A DNA stretch of 64,000 nucleotides from Candidatus Marinacidobacterales bacterium. GTDB taxonomy: Bacteria; Acidobacteriota; Vicinamibacteria; Marinacidobacterales; DATDRI01. The position numbers and the translations under genes are program-made. The stretch is taken from contig CBDCNP010000002.1 in assembly GCA_965219415.1 (NCBI GenBank), forward strand, positions 5,536,001-5,600,000. Direction: 5' to 3'. Shown here one piece after another: positions 54,591-64,000 of the stretch. Within the stretch, counting starts at the first letter, position 1. The number at the start of each line of letters is the position of its first letter. A model generated the notes under the pieces. That model was not told where the DNA came from and ran no database searches. It saw only the letters and a program-made list of their open reading frames with translations.

Positions 54591-55147
54591 CTGCGTACCA
54601 GAGAACGCGATGCTCCAGGGGCTGTAACTCACAGATACAAGGTGTTCTTTTTAGATCGGAGGCTGGCGAGCCGTAGAAGAGTGTAAAAATGTTGGGAATT
54701 TTATACCAGTTAGCCCAGAGGGGGCGGTTAGGCCTTCCGACGGTATTGTCAAAAATTGAGGCTGACGGCCGTTTCTAACGCCCAGCATGGCGTGTTTCCG
54801 ACGGCCTCGAACTCAGTATCTTGGGGGTCGGTCAGCTAGCTTTTCGTTAACTTTACAGTACCCCGTCCTGTGCCAAAACTCGGCCCAGCCGGCATCGACG
54901 GAAGAACTGCGCCTCTCGAAATCAGGCTAAGACTCTAGCACGCGAACAGGTTACGCGGCGGCCGCCAACACTTGACTGCGGAAGCACTGTTTTTGTCCAC
55001 CCGGTCTGGCCCACTTTGATCATTTCATTTGGCCCACCCTAAGTTATTGATTACACACGAAGAGAAGTAATAAGTGCCCCTTTCCTCTGTTGCGGCCGGA
55101 GCTAAGTGAAGGCCGCCTCGAGTGAAACCGGAGCAAAGCGTGTTCTG

Positions 55148-55918
55148 TCATGATGTTGCCGTCTTTTTCCGGGTTTTGAGCGAGCGACGGAAGCGATAGG
55201 ACTCGGTACCGGTTTCGAGGATGTGAGCCTGGTCGGTGAGCCGGTCCAGTAGCGCTTTGCACAGCCGGGCGTTTGTGAACACTTGCGTCCATTCCGAGAA
55301 AGGCAAGTTAGTGGTGATGACGGTCGCGGCGCGCTCACATCGTTCGGAGACGACCTGAAACAACAGTTCGGCACCGACCTCGGCGAGCGGTACGTAGCCG
55401 AGTTCGTCGATGCACAGCAGTTCGAAGCGGGCGTGCTTGCGAATAGCCTTAGAAAGCTGGAGCTCCTCCTTGGCCTCGACGAGTTCGTTGACGAGCCTCG
55501 ACGCGGTCGTGAACCGCACTCGACGACGCTGCTGGCAGGCCTCTACACACAGCGCGGTGGCGAGATGGGTTTTGCCAGTGCCGGCATCGCCGAGAAAAAT
55601 CACCGGCTCTGCCCGCTCGAGGTATCTACCCTCAGTGAGTTGGCGGATTCGCTGAGCGGACAGCTTCGGTGACAGCGAGAAGTCGAACTCGTCGAGCGTC
55701 TTCGCTCTCGGCAGCTGTGCTTCCTTCAGCCGTCTCTGAACCGTTCGGTGTTCTCGCTCTTCGACTTCAGAGCTGAGCAGAACCTCCAGATAACCCACGT
55801 GGGTTTGTTTTTCGCGGCTAGCTTGTTCTGCGAGCTTGTGGAACTGAGCTGACACCGTTGGCATCCGAAGCGTCTTGCAATGCTGCTGGATCGTCTGAAT
55901 CTCGACGGGTTGTCTCAT
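55148..55918 (-). CDS. istB: IS21 helper ATPase IstB
   Basis: [30 protein letters not shown]. Confidence 0.95.
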   Translation of the reverse strand: MRQPVEIQTIQQHCKTLRMPTVSAQFHKLAEQASREKQTHVGYLEVLLSSEVEEREHRTVQRRLKEAQLPRAKTLDEFDFSLSPKLSAQRIRQLTEGRYLERAEPVIFLGDAGTGKTHLATALCVEACQQRRRVRFTTASRLVNELVEAKEELQLSKAIRKHARFELLCIDELGYVPLAEVGAELLFQVVSERCERAATVITTNLPFSEWTQVFTNARLCKALLDRLTDQAHILETGTESYRFRRSLKTRKKTATS

Positions 55919-57470
55919 CGACTTACCTCGTGTGCCTGCTCATCCACGAGTCGGTCGTAGTGACCCACGTGAGGTAGAGGACGTTCGTAGCGCGCCAGCT
56001 CACCGAGTTGAGATTGGACTAGCTCTGACGATGCCGCGCGCGAAAGCGATGGAGACTCGACAAGGTGCCGAATCGCGTCTGCATCGATACAGCCGATCTC
56101 AAGCGCCACACGCAACGTATCTCTTAGCTGGTCGTAACCGTGTCGGCGTCCAAGCTGCACGAGTTCGATCATCTGACGCGTGCCTTCTTGCTTGCCCGTG
56201 ACGACGATTCAATCGCTTCCACACTTCATCGTAGCTCGCTGGCCACCGTCCTTGCTCGCGCCACTGCGCCAGAGGCGTCGACCCGGCTAAGGCTCCGGGT
56301 TTGCGCTCGAGGACGTCCAAGTAGTGTTCAAGATCTAGTACTTGTTTCATGCGGTCGTAGCAGCGTTCGTGACGCGCCACCCGGCGTCCCTCGTGCCAGA
56401 CCTCAACTTCAAGCGGCATCAGCTTGGCCACCGCACGTTGGCCGCGCTTGAGCGGCGTCGAGTACCAGTTCGTGCCCGCACGGACGCAACCCTTCTTATC
56501 CACCAGACCGATTCGTCTTTCTTCGAGCTCGAAACCCTGCGTCGCCAGTGGCAACAGGTGCTCGCGTTCGTACTCCATCCCAACACCAACCGTATGTGCT
56601 TTGCCGGAGATGTGACGTTTCTCCTCCTTGCGGCAACACGTCAGCAGGTAGTCGTTCAGCTCTTCCCAATCCGTGAACTCAGGGACCGGCGTCCAGTGAT
56701 TGCGGCGGAAGTAGCCGACCTCGCTTTCCACACCGCCTTTCTCGTTTCCACGGCTCGGATTGCAAAATTCCGACTCAAAACTCCAATGCGAGCGAAACAT
56801 GATGAACCGTTCTGTTTGCTCACGTTGGTGACCCCGAAGGATCTTCCTCACCGCCAGCGATAGGTTGTCGTAACGCAGCCGGTGGAACACCCCGCCGAAA
56901 AACTCGAACGCCTTCTCGTGCGCTTCGAAAAACGCTTGCTGCGTCGGACGCGGATACCCTCGATGCAACGCCCCTCCGCTTGCCATGCTCCGAACCACCA
57001 GCACGTAGACCTTCTGCTCTCGCCCTCCGATCCGTGAGTGAGCCTCGTACCAGTCCACTTGGCCTTCACCGCCCCACTCGTAACTCTGGGGCACGAACAC
57101 TTCGGCGTCCTTCAACCCCAGCTCTCGCCTCCGACGACCTACGTAGCGACGTATCGTTGGTTCCGCTATCTCATGTCCCGGATACTCCTCAATCACACGA
57201 CTCCAGATTCGATGAGCCGTGTGACGCTGTTTGCGCGGGGCTCGCTTGTCTCCTTCCAGAATCCCGTCGATGAACTCGACCACTGGACCCAGTTTCGGTG
57301 ACGCCCGTTCTGGACATTTACGCTCCCGTGGCACAGCCTTCTCCAGGGCCTGTCGCAACCATTCGTCGGTGAACACCGTACTTCGTTGCAACTCCTTGAA
57401 TCGTTCCAACTCCGCGTTCGTACTCTCGCCTCATCTGCTCGAACAGTCGCACTTTGGCACCCCTTTCCAA
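55915..57470 (-). pseudogene. istA: IS21 transposase IstA, frameshifted
   Basis: [25 protein letters not shown]; split near 56190 and near 57380-57410. Confidence 0.88.
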
Positions 57471-57743
57471 CCGACACCTCCTTCCCGGGACTTCGCCCCG
57501 GGAAGACTAACGGTTCGATACGGGTGGGCCAAATCAGACGATCAATATGGGCCAAAACAGAGTAGCAAACACAAAGCACCCATCGGTGGATCGGTTGCGT
57601 GTCCTTCATCATCATTATAATCGGCACCCTGAGCATCAGCGGGGGAACCGTCCGGCGCAGCGGGCTTCTGGTCAGGCGCCATCGTTGTCCTCCGCCGTGA
57701 TTCGGCCACGGGTGCTCCGCAATAGGCGGGGCGCACACGGACT

Positions 57744-58319
57744 CTATGCAGTCGGACGCGGATGCCCGAACTCGTCTACTGGATGACCCGCCGCCAAGAG
57801 CGTCTTCTGAATACTCCGCAGAAAATCGGGTGCTTTCAGCATTTCGCTACTAAAGTGAGGATTGGAGGGGAGCACCAAGTCGCATACACGTCCATTTTTA
57901 TCCCGTTTGTAGAATATGACAGTGGCTTGTCTATCGGGAGCCTTTCCTTCGTGAGCTGCTCCTTTTGCTTGTGGCCCCCACCTCTCGGGGAACCGCCGCG
58001 CGAGCAGCCACATCGAAGCCTCCGCCTTCGGCGGGCGAAACTTCGACCCGATCGTAGCGTACTTGACCTTCCCGTTTTTCAACTGGCCGTTTAGGATTTC
58101 GCCGCCCTTGTATTTCACCGTCTGCTGGATAATCTTGCTCTCCTCGAGGGCGCTCCGCTCGATGTTCTCGAGGTGAACCCATTCGAAGTGTGCCAGGGCC
58201 TCCTGGACGGACTCGTAAAATTCATGAAATAGGCCGCTCTCTACCTTCCCACGTGCGATCCACCTGCAAAGTGTCTCTGGGGTTATGCCAGCGGACTGCG
58301 CTGCATCCTTATAGCTCAT
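57744..58319 (-). CDS. HTH hypothetical protein resembling phage small-terminase-like proteins; 5' end abuts a MITE
   Basis: AAQSAGITPETLCRW HTH; ASMWLLARRFPERWG motif. Confidence 0.45.
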   Translation of the reverse strand: MSYKDAAQSAGITPETLCRWIARGKVESGLFHEFYESVQEALAHFEWVHLENIERSALEESKIIQQTVKYKGGEILNGQLKNGKVKYATIGSKFRPPKAEASMWLLARRFPERWGPQAKGAAHEGKAPDRQATVIFYKRDKNGRVCDLVLPSNPHFSSEMLKAPDFLRSIQKTLLAAGHPVDEFGHPRPTA

Positions 58320-58445
58320 CCCCGTCCTGTGCCAAAACTCGGCCCTTTTGAAATAGACCATAAATCAGCAGCTTAGTGTCTGTGTTTGCGACCGGGCCAA
58401 GGCGGCCCAAGGGTCTTGAGTTCGTTTGTATTCTTGGACACGACG
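58320..58445. mobile_element. ~125-bp hybrid MITE (A end + B end)
   Basis: Near-identical to 54002-54127. Confidence 0.85.
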
Positions 58446-58483
58446 GCCACGTCAGGAACAATTCGGGCTTCATCTACCTTGCG

Positions 58484-58612
58484 CGTCGTGTCCAAAAACA
58501 CAAACGCGTTGCCCAGCCCTTGATGGTTGTGCTCTCCACGATAATGATAGATGAACTCGGCGACGGCCCGTCGCGCGGGTCTTAGAGTTCGTTTGTATTT
58601 TTGGACACGACG
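58484..58612. mobile_element. ~130-bp B-B mini-element carrying a scrap of integrase-core coding sequence
   Basis: Inverted B ends; interior resembles 5600-5650. Confidence 0.7.
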
Positions 58613-58615
58613 CGG

Positions 58616-59093
58616 TCAATGCACTTTGTATTTCGGCGGATCGGGCTCGAAGCTCTCGGGTCGGCTGTCCACCACCGGGCCCGAGTCGGCCTCGAATCCC
58701 ATCCCGGAGACGTGCACGTGCAATCGATTTTCTTCGACCGCTTTACGGAAGCGCGCCAGCAAGGTGTCTTTGATGAGGGTTGCGGAAGCCGGGCACGAGC
58801 AACGAGAAGCCGAATGCGTCGGTGAAGATCCCCGGTGTCATCAGCAGTGCGCCCGCGACGAGGATCATGACGCCGTCCGCAAGCGAGCCTGCGGGGACCT
58901 CGCCACGGGCCATCTGCTTCTGAGCGCGGGTCAAAACCGAGAGACCTTGCCGCCGTGCCAGATACGCACCCACGATGCCGGTGAAGACGATCAAGGCGAG
59001 CGTCAGCCACGTACCGAGATAGATTCCCGCTTGGATGAGAAGAGCGAGCTCCGCGGCGGGGACGATGACGAACAGCAAAAGAAGCTTTCCCAT
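58616..59093 (-). CDS. fxsA: FxsA family membrane protein (1-bp frameshift near 58780)
   Basis: LLFVIVPAAE, GAYLARRQG, GALLMTPGIFTD; TATAAT 6 bp before ATG. Confidence 0.85.
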
Positions 59094-59410
59094 ACCGTCA
59101 TTATAGGAACGTTTTCCGGCCGCCATTGTAAAAAAGAGCTACAGATGGATAACTCTTTGCAAAGTCTACGGTTTGACACCGGCGTCCGCAGCCAACGATG
59201 CGGATGGTGGAACCACGATGTTGGCGAGCTACTTGTGCCTTCTATTTATTTATCCGCGCGCACCAAACTTGATTAATCTCCGGTCTGCCAGCACCATGCT
59301 GCCTTGGTGGGTGCTTCCGCCATCAAGTGATGGAATGGACTCCTCCACTGACATAGACGGCATCGATGTGCCAAAGTCAGTCGAATACGCATCGAAAAGG
59401 AGGAGTCCGA

Positions 59411-60442
59411 ATGAAAGATACGACAATCGCTGTGGATCTTGCAAAGAACGTCTTCGAGATTGCCATCTCGGGAGAAGCGGGGAAGGTGTCCAAGCAACTC
59501 CGTGTGAGTCGACCCAAATTGGTGTCGTTCTTTGCCAAACAGAGCGCTGCCACCGTGCTTCTCGAAGCCTGCGGCTCGGCTCACTTCTGGGCAAGGACGT
59601 TCCGAAGGTTGGGACACGACGTCGTCCTGCTCCCACCTCACCTCGTGAGGCCGTATCGACGCGGGAGCAAGAACGACCGCGCCGACACGAAGGCGTTGCT
59701 CGAGGCCTACAGGAACGAGGAGCTTCTTCCCGTACCCATCAAGTCCGTGCACCAGCACACCCTCGCTGCGCTCCATCGCCTGCGCTCAGGATGGCTCTCC
59801 ACACGGACCGCACGCATCAATGCCGTACGCGGGCTCCTGCGCGAACTCGGATTCATCATCCCAAAGGGCGCTCACTTCGTCGTGCCCGCCCTCTTCGAAC
59901 TCGTCGAAGACGCTGATTCTGATTTGCCCGACGTGCTCCGTTCGCATCTCCGTGATGCCTGCTCCGAGATTCGAGAACTCAAGGACAAGTGCGCTAGCAT
60001 CGAGCACGAGCTCAAGGCGCTCACCAAGCAGCTTCCTGAAGTCCAACGACTTCTCGCCATTCCCGGCATCGGACTTCTGGCCGCGACCGCCATCGTGGGC
60101 TTCGTCGGCGATCTTCGCCGCTTCCCATCGGGGCGCCGCTTCTCGAGCTACCTCGGCCTAGTTCCCAAGGAAAACTCCAGTGGCGACATTCGCCGCCTCG
60201 GACGCATCACCAAGCGTGGCGACTCCTACCTCCGTATGCTCCTCACCCAGGGCGGGCGCGCCGTGCTCCGCGCGGCGAACGTCAGCAAGAGCCCGCCCGA
60301 CAAGCTCCGCGCCTGGGCTCGGAAGGTCCACCGCTCGCGGGGACACAACAAGGCCGTGATTGCTGTCGCCAACAAACTCGCCCGGATCGTCTGGGCCGTC
60401 TCCACCCGCGAGAGTGAATTCCAGTCGCCGGTGGCCGCTTAG
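59411..60442 (+). CDS. IS110/IS1111 DEDD bridge recombinase
   Basis: AVDLAKNVF, LEAC, KNDRADT, IPGIG, GLVPKENSSG, AVANKLARI; AGGAGG RBS. Confidence 0.95.
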   Translation: MKDTTIAVDLAKNVFEIAISGEAGKVSKQLRVSRPKLVSFFAKQSAATVLLEACGSAHFWARTFRRLGHDVVLLPPHLVRPYRRGSKNDRADTKALLEAYRNEELLPVPIKSVHQHTLAALHRLRSGWLSTRTARINAVRGLLRELGFIIPKGAHFVVPALFELVEDADSDLPDVLRSHLRDACSEIRELKDKCASIEHELKALTKQLPEVQRLLAIPGIGLLAATAIVGFVGDLRRFPSGRRFSSYLGLVPKENSSGDIRRLGRITKRGDSYLRMLLTQGGRAVLRAANVSKSPPDKLRAWARKVHRSRGHNKAVIAVANKLARIVWAVSTRESEFQSPVAA

Positions 60443-60504
60443 ATTTAGAGGCTCCACTTTCGTGTTTTCCTTTTTCCCTTCCAAAAGAGGCTGCGACGAT
60501 ACCC

Positions 60505-60670
60505 ATCCAACTGATGGCGTACCGGTCGGACCGGCGCGGGGTCAAGCCAATAGCAACACTGGCCCTAAGAGGTCGTTCAAAGTGATTGGCTCCTCGCGCG
60601 CGGATTTTCCATCATGGCCCGGAGCACCCAAGACGCTCCTCACTGAGGCCGAAGATACGTTTGCAGTCTG
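60505..60670 (+). ncRNA. Predicted bridge RNA (seekRNA) of the IS1111 element
   Basis: Two stem-internal-loop-stem units; loop 1 has TAGCAACA(CT) and AAGTG matching the target; loop 2 has TTCCATCAT and AGATAC matching the circle junction; boundaries approximate. Confidence 0.82.
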
Positions 60671-60774
60671 ACCCACTCGTCACGACGCGATGGATGCGCA
60701 GCTTCGATGGAAGATTTATTAAGAAAGGGGCGTGACTAGAAAGAAAGGGGCTTGACTAGAGGAGTCCAGATATG

Positions 60775-60995
60775 TTGCTACGCGGCTGCGGGCAGTGGTT
60801 CAGGTGCGGAAGAGAGCGAGTTACGCGCCCCAGTGAGCACGCAAAGCACGCAAACCTCGATCTGCGACCACAAAGGCATCGTCGTCGCCAAGAAGATGTC
60901 TCGAAAGGTGAGCCGTCGCGTCGTCAGACCAGCCTGCATAGCCGGAGTTCGGATCTCACGTCCGAACTTCAGAGCTCCGTGCGGTCGGACGAAGT
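60775..60995 (-). pseudogene. 3' remnant of IS1-family transposase (host of first IS1111)
   Basis: Homologous to ~41291-41503; truncated by the MITE at 60996. Confidence 0.85.
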
Positions 60996-61161
60996 GGTGC
61001 TTGCGCTGTTTACTGTTGGTGATGTGTACGCATCCCTTTGCAAAAGAGGCGCTTACGCTCCATTTAGCGCGCAGCGGAGGTCACGAGCGCTATTTTGGCT
61101 GTAATCTAATGCACCGTAAAGTCTTAGCGTCATCTCACCAACACTTAATGGCGGAAGCATC
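60996..61161. mobile_element. 166-bp IS1-type MITE
   Basis: Near-identical to 5411-5576. Confidence 0.9.
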
Positions 61162-61205
61162 GATTTATGGGCTATTTCAAAAGGGCTGAGTTTTGGCACA
61201 GGACG

Positions 61206-62002
61206 CCGTCGCCCGCTGGCTCGAGAAGGCAGCCCAAGTGTGTCGTCGATTCAATCACAGAAGGATCGCTGGCTTCGCTGCCGAAGAGCTTCAAGCCGAC
61301 GAGATTCGCACGTTCGCGGGCAACAAGAAGACACCGAGTTGGGTCTTCGTTACGATCGAGGTCTGGTCTCGGCTCTGGCCATCGACGGTGACGGGAAGGC
61401 GAAGCTACCGGAACACTCACGCTCTGTTTCGCGACCTTTCGAGACGGATGAATTTCGAGCGTCTTCCCTTGATCGTCACGGATGGATTCGAATTCTACCA
61501 GAAGGTCATCCGTCGCTTCTTCGGGCCAGCGTGCCTCTACGGCCAGGTCCTCAAAACGCGCAGGAACGATCGCATCATCAAGGTCGAACGGAGAGCGCTG
61601 CACGGAGCCGCGTGGCGATTCGAAGACGCGCTCAATAACTCCGAGGACTCCTCGACATTGAACACGTCGTTCATCGAGCGGTTGAATCTGACCATCCGGC
61701 AAAGCTCGGCATACCTTTCGAGACGAACACTTTCCCACGCTCGCTCGACGGAGAGGCTCGATGAGCACCTGGAGTTGTTCCGTTGCTATTACAACTTCGT
61801 CCGACCGCACGGAGCTCTGAAGTTCGGACGTGAGATCCGAACTCCGGCTATGCAAGCCGGTCTGACCACGCGACGGCTCACCTTGCGAGACATCTTCTTG
61901 GCGACGACGATTCCTTTGTGGTCGCGGATCGAGGTTTTCCTGCTCACTGGGGCGCGCAACCCGGTCTCTTCCGCACCTGTACCACTGCCCGCAGCCGCGT
62001 AG
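61206..62002 (+). pseudogene. 5'-truncated IS1-family transposase (host of second IS1111)
   Basis: VARWLEKAA...PLPAAA; begins at an A end. Confidence 0.88.
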
Positions 62003-62109
62003 CAACATATCTGGACTCCTCTAGTCAAGCCCCTTTCTTTCTAGTCACGCCCCTTTCTTAATAAATCTTCCATCGAAGCTGCGCATCCATCGCGTCGTGA
62101 CGAGTGGGT

Positions 62110-62275
62110 CAGACTGCAAACGTATCTTCGGCCTCAGTGAGGAGCGTCTTGGGTGCTCCGGGCCATGATGGAAAATCCGCGCGCGAGGAGCCAATCACTT
62201 TGAACGACCTCTTAGGGCCAGTGTTGCTATTGGCTTGACCCCGCGCCGGTCCGACCGGTACGCCATCAGTTGGAT
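62110..62275 (-). ncRNA. Predicted bridge RNA of the second IS1111 copy
   Basis: Reverse complement of 60505-60670. Confidence 0.82.
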
Positions 62276-62337
62276 GGGTATCGTCGCAGCCTCTTTTGGA
62301 AGGGAAAAAGGAAAACACGAAAGTGGAGCCTCTAAAT

Positions 62338-63369
62338 CTAAGCGGCCACCGGCGACTGGAATTCACTCTCGCGGGTGGAGACGGCCCAGACGATCCGGGC
62401 GAGTTTGTTGGCGACAGCAATCACGGCCTTGTTGTGTCCCCGCGAGCGGTGGACCTTCCGAGCCCAGGCGCGGAGCTTGTCGGGCGGGCTCTTGCTGACG
62501 TTCGCCGCGCGGAGCACGGCGCGCCCGCCCTGGGTGAGGAGCATACGGAGGTAGGAGTCGCCACGCTTGGTGATGCGTCCGAGGCGGCGAATGTCGCCAC
62601 TGGAGTTTTCCTTGGGAACTAGGCCGAGGTAGCTCGAGAAGCGGCGCCCCGATGGGAAGCGGCGAAGATCGCCGACGAAGCCCACGATGGCGGTCGCGGC
62701 CAGAAGTCCGATGCCGGGAATGGCGAGAAGTCGTTGGACTTCAGGAAGCTGCTTGGTGAGCGCCTTGAGCTCGTGCTCGATGCTAGCGCACTTGTCCTTG
62801 AGTTCTCGAATCTCGGAGCAGGCATCACGGAGATGCGAACGGAGCACGTCGGGCAAATCAGAATCAGCGTCTTCGACGAGTTCGAAGAGGGCGGGCACGA
62901 CGAAGTGAGCGCCCTTTGGGATGATGAATCCGAGTTCGCGCAGGAGCCCGCGTACGGCATTGATGCGTGCGGTCCGTGTGGAGAGCCATCCTGAGCGCAG
63001 GCGATGGAGCGCAGCGAGGGTGTGCTGGTGCACGGACTTGATGGGTACGGGAAGAAGCTCCTCGTTCCTGTAGGCCTCGAGCAACGCCTTCGTGTCGGCG
63101 CGGTCGTTCTTGCTCCCGCGTCGATACGGCCTCACGAGGTGAGGTGGGAGCAGGACGACGTCGTGTCCCAACCTTCGGAACGTCCTTGCCCAGAAGTGAG
63201 CCGAGCCGCAGGCTTCGAGAAGCACGGTGGCAGCGCTCTGTTTGGCAAAGAACGACACCAATTTGGGTCGACTCACACGGAGTTGCTTGGACACCTTCCC
63301 CGCTTCTCCCGAGATGGCAATCTCGAAGACGTTCTTTGCAAGATCCACAGCGATTGTCGTATCTTTCAT
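62338..63369 (-). CDS. IS110/IS1111 DEDD bridge recombinase
   Basis: Same protein as 59411-60442. Confidence 0.95.
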   Translation of the reverse strand: MKDTTIAVDLAKNVFEIAISGEAGKVSKQLRVSRPKLVSFFAKQSAATVLLEACGSAHFWARTFRRLGHDVVLLPPHLVRPYRRGSKNDRADTKALLEAYRNEELLPVPIKSVHQHTLAALHRLRSGWLSTRTARINAVRGLLRELGFIIPKGAHFVVPALFELVEDADSDLPDVLRSHLRDACSEIRELKDKCASIEHELKALTKQLPEVQRLLAIPGIGLLAATAIVGFVGDLRRFPSGRRFSSYLGLVPKENSSGDIRRLGRITKRGDSYLRMLLTQGGRAVLRAANVSKSPPDKLRAWARKVHRSRGHNKAVIAVANKLARIVWAVSTRESEFQSPVAA

Positions 63370-63589
63370 TTGGACTCCTCCTTTTCGATGCGTATTCGAC
63401 TGACTTTGGCACATCGATGCCGTCTATGTCAGTGGAGGAGTCCATTCCATCACTTGATGGCGGAAGCACCGGTCTATTTCTAAAGGGCCGAGTTTTGGCA
63501 CAGGACGGGGGATCTCGGAGGATCCAGTCTCGGAAATAGCACCGCCGCGCCCAGCTCTCGACATGCCCGGGAGGTGCTACAATGTGGGC

Positions 63590-63874
63590 ATGTTGAAGGT
63601 TCGCGAAGTTCGAGCGCTGCCCAAATACCAGATTTGGGTGCGTTACGAGGATGGCACCGAAGGCGAGGTGGACCTCATTCCCTTCGTCGGCAAGGGCATA
63701 TTCTCGTCGTGGGGTGATCCTGCATTCTTCGAGACCGTCCACGTGAGCCCCCACGGAAGCATCGCGTGGAACAAAGACATCGAGCTATGCCCGGACAGCA
63801 TCTACCTCGAGCTAACCGGAAAGAAGCCGGAGGAGGTTTTCCCTCGAATATCGGTCGCCGATGTAGATGCCTGA
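63590..63874 (+). CDS. DUF2442 domain protein
   Basis: VRYEDGTEGEVDL...SIAWNKDIELCPDSIY; extended -10 TGCTACAAT 6 bp before ATG. Confidence 0.85.
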   Translation: MLKVREVRALPKYQIWVRYEDGTEGEVDLIPFVGKGIFSSWGDPAFFETVHVSPHGSIAWNKDIELCPDSIYLELTGKKPEEVFPRISVADVDA

Positions 63875-64000
63875 GCTAAGCCGGTTTTATGGCATCGTCG
63901 TGCGGATGTTCTTCAACGATCATGCCCCTCCTCATTTCCATGCGTATTACGGGTCCGACGAGGCTCTCTTTGCCATCGAGACGCTATCGCTGACGGCAGG
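63867..64000 (+). CDS. DUF4160 domain protein (runs off window)
   Basis: MPELSRFYGIVVRMFFNDHAPPHFHAYY. Confidence 0.88.
   Translation, partial: MPELSRFYGIVVRMFFNDHAPPHFHAYYGSDEALFAIETLSLTA

Larger units (their letters stand above)
54988..57573 (-). mobile_element. IS21-family element inserted in an IS1-type terminus
   Basis: TGT...ACA ends with internal TGGCCCA repeats; 6-bp TSD AAGCAC (54982-54987 / 57574-57579). Confidence 0.9.
59330..60772 (+). mobile_element. IS110 family, IS1111 group element inserted in an IS1-family IR
   Basis: Sub-terminal IRs TGGACTCCT/AGGAGTCCA; flanked by TG core on both sides; removal restores GGTGCTTCCGCCATCAAGTGTTGCTACG as at 41271; long 3' non-coding end. 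Confidence 0.93.
62008..63450 (-). mobile_element. Second IS1111-group copy at the same site of another IS1 IR
   Basis: Near-identical inverted copy of 59330-60772; IS1 IR tip continues 63451-63470. Confidence 0.93.

Overview
A GC-rich bacterial window, most likely Acidobacteriota (inferred from the carboxypeptidase-regulatory-domain TonB receptor and gene content). It is saturated with insertion sequences: IS3 (5 elements plus a fragment), ISL3 x2, IS256, IS5, IS21, IS1-family, IS110/IS1111 x3, and several rve integrase-core elements I cannot classify. Their MITEs and dozens of orphan termini are scattered throughout. Between the end clusters sit isolated, tightly trimmed host genes: bacilliredoxin, glycosyltransferase, TPR-zincin, mug, DUF1028, GltS-type symporter, CotH, TonB receptor plus NCS1 permease, PaaI, M28 peptidase and fxsA. 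There are also defence-type remnants: DUF4268, HigBA, a methyltransferase fragment, an orphan type I-E CRISPR relic, an SMC/RloC-like ATPase with HEPN-like partner, DUF2442/DUF4160, and broken rtcB copies. The best-supported discovery is two IS1111-group elements inserted at the same dinucleotide inside the terminal inverted repeat of a resident IS1-family element. Their 3' non-coding region folds into a bridge RNA whose two loops match that IS1 terminus and the element's own circle junction, i.e. an RNA-guided element programmed against another transposon. Also notable are an intact two-gene zinc-hook ATPase-HEPN / stand-alone HEPN candidate defence module and a pervasive end-mediated shredding architecture. 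All calls are by eye, with no database search.
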